Positions 58,248 to 64,000 of a stretch of 64,000 bases of DNA are shown here, piece after piece (the stretch's first letter is position 1; each line of letters begins with the position of its first letter). The notes under the pieces were generated by a model. It had not been told where the DNA came from. It searched no databases and saw only the letters and a list, made by a program, of their open reading frames with translations. A program made the position numbers and the translations under genes. Origin of the DNA: an uncultured Gemmatimonadales bacterium (lineage in GTDB: Bacteria > Gemmatimonadota > Gemmatimonadetes > Longimicrobiales > Longimicrobiaceae); assembly GCA_963716255.1 (NCBI GenBank), contig OY970303.1, positions 7,904,001 through 7,968,000 on the forward strand, given 5' to 3'.

Positions 58248-58356
58248 CCATGCGGGCGCCCCGCGGGACCTCGGATCCCGCGGGGCGGCCTGGTTGTGCA
58301 GAGGTCATCCGCGGTCCGCCCACTAGACCCAGCATACACAATTCACGAGAGCGGTC

Positions 58357-58575
58357 ATGAAAGTGAAATACCTGATGATGGTCGCCGTCGCAGCCGCGAG
58401 CACACTGATGGTGAGCGCAGCGCCCCGTCCCGCAGTTGCCGAAACAGCGAGCGTGGCGACCGTTGCCGCAGGAGGGATGTATCCGATCTACGACAGCAGC
58501 GGAAAGCTCATCGGGTATGTCTTCCCGGATATGGGTGAAGTGATCAAACCGCACGCCGGCAGCAGCGCAAACTGA
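58357..58575 (+). CDS. Small secreted protein 2 (72 aa), probable paralog of 58029
   Basis: Signal peptide MKVKYLMMVAVAAASTLMVS..AVA; mature part contains GMYPIYDSSGKLIGYV. Confidence 0.72.
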   Translation: MKVKYLMMVAVAAASTLMVSAAPRPAVAETASVATVAAGGMYPIYDSSGKLIGYVFPDMGEVIKPHAGSSAN

Positions 58576-59019
58576 TGGACGCGGGCGCCTCGTGGGATTC
58601 CGGTTCCCTCGGGGCGCACAGCCCCGCCGCGGCGCCGGACCCGTAGCTGCACCCTCCCCTTCGCGACCCATTTCCCTTCCGGGACTCCCTCCCAGGCCGC
58701 TCCGATCTCCCGCTTCCTGTCCGGCCACGAGTTGGACGATTCCGTTCCCGAGACTCGATCTGCCTCCTCTCGCCGGCCCCCCTCCGTACTTGACTCCAGC
58801 CCCTGCTGTGGGTAGTCTCAACGAGTCGGGAAATACGCTCGATTCGCTCCCGGCACCGCCGCGCCGCCCTCTCGCTTCCGCGCGACCCGGCGCCTCTCCC
58901 GCAGTCCAAACGGCCCACCCGTCGCACGCCCCCGGACAGCTCCGAATGCGACGGGAACGAGCACACCGCACCTCCCGCGGAGCCCCGGCCGGCGCACACC
59001 CCCTGAAGCGGAGACCTCG

Positions 59020-60231
59020 ATGCTGCTGCAAGCTTCCCCGGAGCCGATGCGCGTCGCCACGTGGGCGCGGACGATCAAGCCGTCCACGATCAACGAGATG
59101 CTGAAGCTCACGGCCGGGCCGGGGCTGACCTCGTTCGCGTTGGGCCTTCCCGCGCCGGAGCTCTTCCCCACGGAGAAGTACGCCCGGGCGGCCGAGCGGG
59201 TGCTGACCACCGACCCGCGGGCGCTCCAGTACGGCCCGGCGTTCCGGCCGCTGAAGGCGCAGATCGTGGAGATCATGCGCGCCCGGGGCGTGGAGTGCAC
59301 CGAGGAGCAGGTGGTGGTGACGGCGGGGGCGCAGCAGGCGCTCAGCATCCTTTCGCGCTTCCTGCTGGACCCGGGCGGGCAGCTATTGCTGGAGCAGGTG
59401 GCGTACACCGGCTTCCAGCAGGTGTACGAGCCCTTCCAGCCGGAGCTGCTGGTGGTTCCCACCAGCCTGGAGCGGGGGATCGACGTCGACGCGGTGGAGG
59501 CGTATCTTGCCGCCGGCGCGAAGCCCGCCTTCATGTACGTGGTGTCGGACGGCCACAACCCGCTGGGGATCAGCCTGGACGTGGAGAGCCGCGACCGCCT
59601 GGTGGCGCTGGCGCGCCGCTACGGCGTCCCCATCGTGGAGGACGACGCGTACGGCCTGCTGTACTACGGCGAGGAGGGCTCGGGCCTCCTCCCCATGCGG
59701 GCCCAGGAGGACGAGTGGGTGTTCTACGTGGGATCGTTCTCCAAGGTGCTGGCGCCGGCGGCGCGGGTGGGGTGGATCATCGCCCCCAGGCACCTGGTCC
59801 CGGCCATCTCGGGAACCAAGGACGCCTGCGACCTGGACATGAACAACTTCGCCCAGCGGGTCGTCTCGGCCTTCCTGGCGGAGGGGTACCTGGACGCCCA
59901 CCTGGACATGCTCCGCCGGGAGTACCGGACCCGCCGCGACCTGATGGACGCGGCGCTGCGCGAGCACTTCCCGGCGGGCACGCGCTGGCGCGTCCCCAGC
60001 AACGGGGCGCTGATGTGGGCGGAGCTCCCCGAGGAGATCGACTGCGGGGCGCTGCTGCGCGAGGCGGTGGACACGGAGCGCGTGGCCTACGTTCCCGGGA
60101 ACGCCTTCACCACGGACGGGTCGCGCCACGCGCGCAACTGCATGCGGCTCAACTTCTCCTTCCCCGGACGGGAGGAGATCCGGGAAGGGATCGCCGCGCT
60201 CGGCAGGGTGATGAGGGCGCACGCGGCGTAG
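59020..60231 (+). CDS. PLP-dependent class I aminotransferase (LysN/Aro8-like)
   Basis: GLPAPELFP, ALQYG, HNPLG, EDDAYGLL, GSFSKVLAP..RVGW, MRLNFS. Confidence 0.92.
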   Translation: MLLQASPEPMRVATWARTIKPSTINEMLKLTAGPGLTSFALGLPAPELFPTEKYARAAERVLTTDPRALQYGPAFRPLKAQIVEIMRARGVECTEEQVVVTAGAQQALSILSRFLLDPGGQLLLEQVAYTGFQQVYEPFQPELLVVPTSLERGIDVDAVEAYLAAGAKPAFMYVVSDGHNPLGISLDVESRDRLVALARRYGVPIVEDDAYGLLYYGEEGSGLLPMRAQEDEWVFYVGSFSKVLAPAARVGWIIAPRHLVPAISGTKDACDLDMNNFAQRVVSAFLAEGYLDAHLDMLRREYRTRRDLMDAALREHFPAGTRWRVPSNGALMWAELPEEIDCGALLREAVDTERVAYVPGNAFTTDGSRHARNCMRLNFSFPGREEIREGIAALGRVMRAHAA

Positions 60232-60262
60232 GGGCGCCTTTCCGCGCGGCCGGGAGGTCGGG

Positions 60263-60283
60263 GGGCGGGAAACCGCCCTTTTT
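60263..60283 (+). terminator. Intrinsic terminator-like hairpin just upstream of the NRPS
   Basis: gggcgg-GAAA-ccgccc-TTTTT. Confidence 0.6.
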
Positions 60284-60301
60284 CCGTTTATCTGCCATCG
60301 C

Positions 60302-63300
60302 ATGACCGATCTCTTCAGTCGGCTGGACCAGCTGTCCCCCGCCAAGCGGGCGCTGCTGGAGAAGCTGGCGGCCCGCGGCGGCGGCCCCCCCGCGGCGGAC
60401 GCTCCGCGGGGGGCCGGCGAGGCCGCTCCCGGGCCCGCGCCGCCGGGCCTCGGCCCCGAGGCGCCCGCCGCCCCCCGGCCGATGCCGCGCGGGGACGCGG
60501 CGCCGCTCTCCTTCGCGCAGGAGCGGCTCTGGTTCATGGACCGGCTGCAGCCGGGGGAGGCGGCGTACCACGTCGCCTACCGGGTGGGCGTGGACGGACC
60601 GCTGGACGCGGCGGCGCTGCGGCGCGCGCTCTCGGGGGTCGCGGCGCGCCACGAGGCGCTGCGGACGGTCTTCGAGGAGCGCGGCGACGGCGCGGTGCAG
60701 GTGGTGGCCCCCCCGGCGCCCGTTGCCCTGCCGCTGGTGGACCTGTCCCGGCTGCGCCCCGCGGCGCGGGAGCGGACCTCGCGCGCCCTGGCGCGCGAGG
60801 AGGCGGTGCTGCCGTTCGACCTGCGGCGGGGGCCGCTCCTGCGCGCGGCGCTCCTCCGGCTGGACGGCGGGGAGCACGCGCTGCTGTTGACCCTCCACCA
60901 CGTGGTCACGGACGGGTGGAGCATGGGCGTGCTCTTCCGCGAGCTGTCGGCGCTGTACGCGGCGGCGACGGGCGGGGACGAGGCGGATCTCCCGCCGCTC
61001 CCGCTCCAGTACGCGGACTTCGCCGTGTGGCAGCGGCAGCGGCTGCGCCCGGGGGGCGGTACGCTGGAGCGCGAGCTGGACTTCTGGCGCGGGCGTCTGG
61101 CGGGGGCGCCGGCACTCCTGGAGCTGCCGGCGGACCACCCGCGCGGCGCGGCGCGCGGGCGGCCGGGCGGCCAGGTGGAGCTCGCCGTGCCGGCGGAGAC
61201 GGCCGCGGCGCTGCGCCGCCTGGGGCGGGCGGAGGGGACCACGCCGTTCATCACGCTGCTCGCCGCGTTCCAGCTCCTCCTGTCGCGCTACGCGGGGCAG
61301 GACGAGGTGGTGGTGGGCACGCCCATCGCCGGACGCACGCACCGCGAGCTGGAGGCGCTGGCCGGCTTCTTCGTCAACGCGCTCGCCGTGCGCGTGGACG
61401 TGTCGGGCGACCCGACGTTCCGCGCGCTGCTGCGGCGCACGCGCGAGGCCGTGCTGGGGGCCTTCGCGCACCAGGAGGTGCCCTTCGAGCGGCTGGTGGA
61501 GGAGCTCCAGCCGGAGCGCTCCCCCGGCCGCTCGCCCGTCTTCCAGGCGATGTTCACGCTGCACGGCGGCGACGGCCCCGGGCTGCGGCTCCCCGGCGCC
61601 CGGACCGAGGTGGAGGAGGTGTGGTCCGGGCGGGCCAAGTTCGACGTGTCGGTGGCGCTGCGCGACGGCGGCGGCGCGCTCTCCGGGACCTTCGCGTACG
61701 ACGCGGCCCTCTTCGAGCGGGCGACGGCGGAGCGCATGGCGGCGCACTTCGTCGCGCTGCTGGGTGCGGCCGCCGCGGCTCCGGGCGACCGCGTGTCCGC
61801 GCTTTCGCTGGTGGACGAGGCGGAGCGCCGCCGGCTGGAGGCGTGGAACGACACCGACCGCGGCGACCCGGGCCTCCTCGCCCACGAGATGTTCGCGCGG
61901 CAGGCGGCGCGCACGCCGGACGCGCCGGCGGTGGCGTGCGGCGCGGAGCGGATGAGCTACGCGCAGCTGGACGCGGCCTCCGGCCGCATCGCGCGGGCGC
62001 TGCGGGAGATGGGGGTGCGCGCGGAGTCGCGGGTGGCGGTGTTCCTGGAGCGCTCGGTGGAGATGGTGGCCGCGGTGCTGGGAGTGCTCAGGGCCGGGGG
62101 CGCGTACGTGCCGCTGGACCCGGAGTACCCGGCGGAGCGGCTGCGGCTGGTGCTGGAGGACGCCAATCCGCACCTGCTCCTTTCGCGCGCACCGCTGGCG
62201 GCGAAGCTCCCCGGGCGGGGGCTGGCGGCGCTGTTCCTGGACCGCGACGCGGCGCGGATCGCGGCGATGGACGCCGGGCCGGTGGAGGGCGGCGCCGGGC
62301 CGGACGGCCTGGCGTACGTCATCTACACCTCGGGGTCCACGGGCACGCCCAAGGGGGTGCTGGTGGAGCACCGCGGACTCGCCGGCCTGCTGCGGGCGGC
62401 GCGCGAGGAGTTCGGCTTCCGCGAGGGCGACGTGGCGGCGGCGCTGGCCTCCTTCGCCTTCGACATCTGGGGCTTCGAGACGCTGGCGCCGCTGGCGGCC
62501 GGGGGCGCCGTGCGCCTGGTGCCGCGCGAGCGGGTGATGGACGCGCGGGCGCTGCTGGAGGAGTGCCGCGACGCCACGCTCCTGCACGCGGTGCCCGCGC
62601 TGATGCGGCAGGTGGTGGAGGCGGGGCGCGGCGCGCTCCCGGCGGCGCGGCGCCTGTTCGTGGGCGGCGACGTGGTGCCGCCCGAGCTGCTGGAGGCGAT
62701 GCGGGCCACCTTCCCCCGGGCGGAGACGCGCGTCCTCTACGGTCCCACGGAGGGGACGGTGCTCGCCTCCAGCCACCCGCTGGCGGGCGGGCCCGTGCCG
62801 GCGCGCCCGGTGATCGGCCGGCCGCTGGGGAACGTGCGGCTGTACGTGGCCGGCGGGGCGGGGGAGCTGCTCCCCGCGGGGATCCCGGGGGAGCTGCTGA
62901 TCGGCGGGGCGGGGGTGGCGCGCGGCTACCTGGGCCGCCCGGGGCTGACGGCGGAAAAGTTCGTCCCGGACGCCTTTTCGGGGGCGGCGGGGGCGCGGCT
63001 GTACCGCACCGGCGACCGGGTCCGCCGGCTGGCGGACGGGACGCTGGAGTTCCTGGGGCGCGTGGACTTCCAGGTCAAGATCCGCGGCTTCCGCATCGAG
63101 CCCGGCGAGGTCGAGGCGGCGCTCCTCCGCCACCCGGAGGTGCACGACTCCGCCGTGGTGGCGCGCGAGGACCGCCCGGGCGAGCGGCGCCTGGTGGCCT
63201 ACGTGGTGCCGGAGCCCGGGGCCGCGCCCGCGCGGGACGCGCTGCGCGCCTGGCTGCGCGACCGCCTGCCGGAGCACATGGTCCCGGGCGCCCTGGTGGT

Positions 63301-64000
63301 GGTGGACGCCCTCCCGCTGACGCCCGAGGGAAAGGTCGACCGGCGGGCGCTCCCCGCGCCGGCATCGTCCCCGGACGACCCGGCCGAGGGCGCGCCGCGC
63401 ACCCCGGAGGAGGAGATCGTCGCCGGGATCTGGGCGGACGTGCTCGGGACCGAGCGCGTCGGCATCCACGACGACTTCTTCCAGCTGGGCGGCCACTCGC
63501 TCCTGGCGACGCGGGTGGTGTCCCGGGTGCGGGCGCTGCTCGGGGCGGAGCTGCCGCTGCGCGCGCTCTTCGAGTCGCCCACCGTGGCGGGGATCGCCGC
63601 CGAGCTGCGCAGCCACGGCGGCGTGGCGGCCCTCCCCCTCGTCCCCGCGCCGCGCGGCCGCCCGCTCCCCCTGTCGTTCTCGCAGCAGCGGCTCTGGTTC
63701 CTGGACCGGATGGAGCCGGTCAACGCGCACCACAACATCCCGTTCGCCCTGCGGCTGGAAGGGCCGCTGGACCCCGGGGCGCTGGAGAGGGCGCTGGCGG
63801 AGGTGGTGCGGCGCCACGAGGCGCTGCGCACCGTGTTCCGCGAGGACGACGGGGGGCCGGTGCAGGTGGTTCTCCCGGCGGACGGGTTCCGCCTCCCGGT
63901 GGTGGAGCTGGGCGGGCTCCCGCAGGCGGAGCGCGAGCGGGCGATGCGGGTGCGCGCGGAGGCCGAGCTGGGCCGCCCGGTGGACCTGGAGGCGGGTCCG
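60302..64000 (+). CDS. NRPS (N-terminal docking-C-A-PCP-C...), runs off the window end; absent from the ORF track
   Basis: ATG 60302 MTDLFSRLDQLSPAKRALL; PLSFAQERLWF, HHVVTDGWS, YTSGSTGTPKG, LYGPTE, YRTGD, FFQLGGHSLL, second PLSFSQQRLWF; the motifs I checked are all in one frame. Confidence 0.96.
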   Translation, partial: MTDLFSRLDQLSPAKRALLEKLAARGGGPPAADAPRGAGEAAPGPAPPGLGPEAPAAPRPMPRGDAAPLSFAQERLWFMDRLQPGEAAYHVAYRVGVDGPLDAAALRRALSGVAARHEALRTVFEERGDGAVQVVAPPAPVALPLVDLSRLRPAARERTSRALAREEAVLPFDLRRGPLLRAALLRLDGGEHALLLTLHHVVTDGWSMGVLFRELSALYAAATGGDEADLPPLPLQYADFAVWQRQRLRPGGGTLERELDFWRGRLAGAPALLELPADHPRGAARGRPGGQVELAVPAETAAALRRLGRAEGTTPFITLLAAFQLLLSRYAGQDEVVVGTPIAGRTHRELEALAGFFVNALAVRVDVSGDPTFRALLRRTREAVLGAFAHQEVPFERLVEELQPERSPGRSPVFQAMFTLHGGDGPGLRLPGARTEVEEVWSGRAKFDVSVALRDGGGALSGTFAYDAALFERATAERMAAHFVALLGAAAAAPGDRVSALSLVDEAERRRLEAWNDTDRGDPGLLAHEMFARQAARTPDAPAVACGAERMSYAQLDAASGRIARALREMGVRAESRVAVFLERSVEMVAAVLGVLRAGGAYVPLDPEYPAERLRLVLEDANPHLLLSRAPLAAKLPGRGLAALFLDRDAARIAAMDAGPVEGGAGPDGLAYVIYTSGSTGTPKGVLVEHRGLAGLLRAAREEFGFREGDVAAALASFAFDIWGFETLAPLAAGGAVRLVPRERVMDARALLEECRDATLLHAVPALMRQVVEAGRGALPAARRLFVGGDVVPPELLEAMRATFPRAETRVLYGPTEGTVLASSHPLAGGPVPARPVIGRPLGNVRLYVAGGAGELLPAGIPGELLIGGAGVARGYLGRPGLTAEKFVPDAFSGAAGARLYRTGDRVRRLADGTLEFLGRVDFQVKIRGFRIEPGEVEAALLRHPEVHDSAVVAREDRPGERRLVAYVVPEPGAAPARDALRAWLRDRLPEHMVPGALVVVDALPLTPEGKVDRRALPAPASSPDDPAEGAPRTPEEEIVAGIWADVLGTERVGIHDDFFQLGGHSLLATRVVSRVRALLGAELPLRALFESPTVAGIAAELRSHGGVAALPLVPAPRGRPLPLSFSQQRLWFLDRMEPVNAHHNIPFALRLEGPLDPGALERALAEVVRRHEALRTVFREDDGGPVQVVLPADGFRLPVVELGGLPQAERERAMRVRAEAELGRPVDLEAGP

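Noticed and set aside
58592..59019. 170-aa Pro-rich ORF upstream of the aminotransferase
   Set aside because: Low-complexity translation without codon bias; more likely a long regulatory region, and I recognised no RNA motif.
1..64000. One continuous 64-kb NRPS cluster
   Set aside because: Core housekeeping genes and unrelated signalling genes lie between the two NRPS fragments; any link would be in trans.

Overview
Very GC-rich bacterial chromosomal segment. The gene content (PadR plus ADOP permease, a DUF5916 outer-membrane protein, mutL-miaA-bshA-nadC-birA synteny, several PAS/GAF histidine kinases, NRPS genes) suggests Gemmatimonadota, Longimicrobium-like; this is inference. Both ends are NRPS fragments: an A-PCP end without thioesterase at 3-1316, and a C-A-PCP-C start at 60302 to the window end, preceded by an aminotransferase. 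Housekeeping genes lie between (secD, secF, tatD, mutL, miaA, bshA, nadC, birA). Highlights: (1) a compact RiPP locus at 16615-19660 with a double-glycine-leader precursor carrying three NxxC motifs, a radical SAM/SPASM enzyme and an unknown helical protein; (2) a family of intergenic structured repeats, 11 core copies, whose stems vary with full compensatory pairing while the loops stay fixed, plus separate arrays of the same hairpin module; (3) a single-chain fused B12 glutamate/methylaspartate mutase next to an atypical Asp/Glu racemase; (4) two related 72-aa secreted micro-proteins behind a beta-propeller gene; (5) several clearly readable promoter/operator architectures. I recognised no tRNA, rRNA, CRISPR array or transposase. 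Start codons were refined by eye from the ORF track, and product calls come from motif recognition, not database searches.
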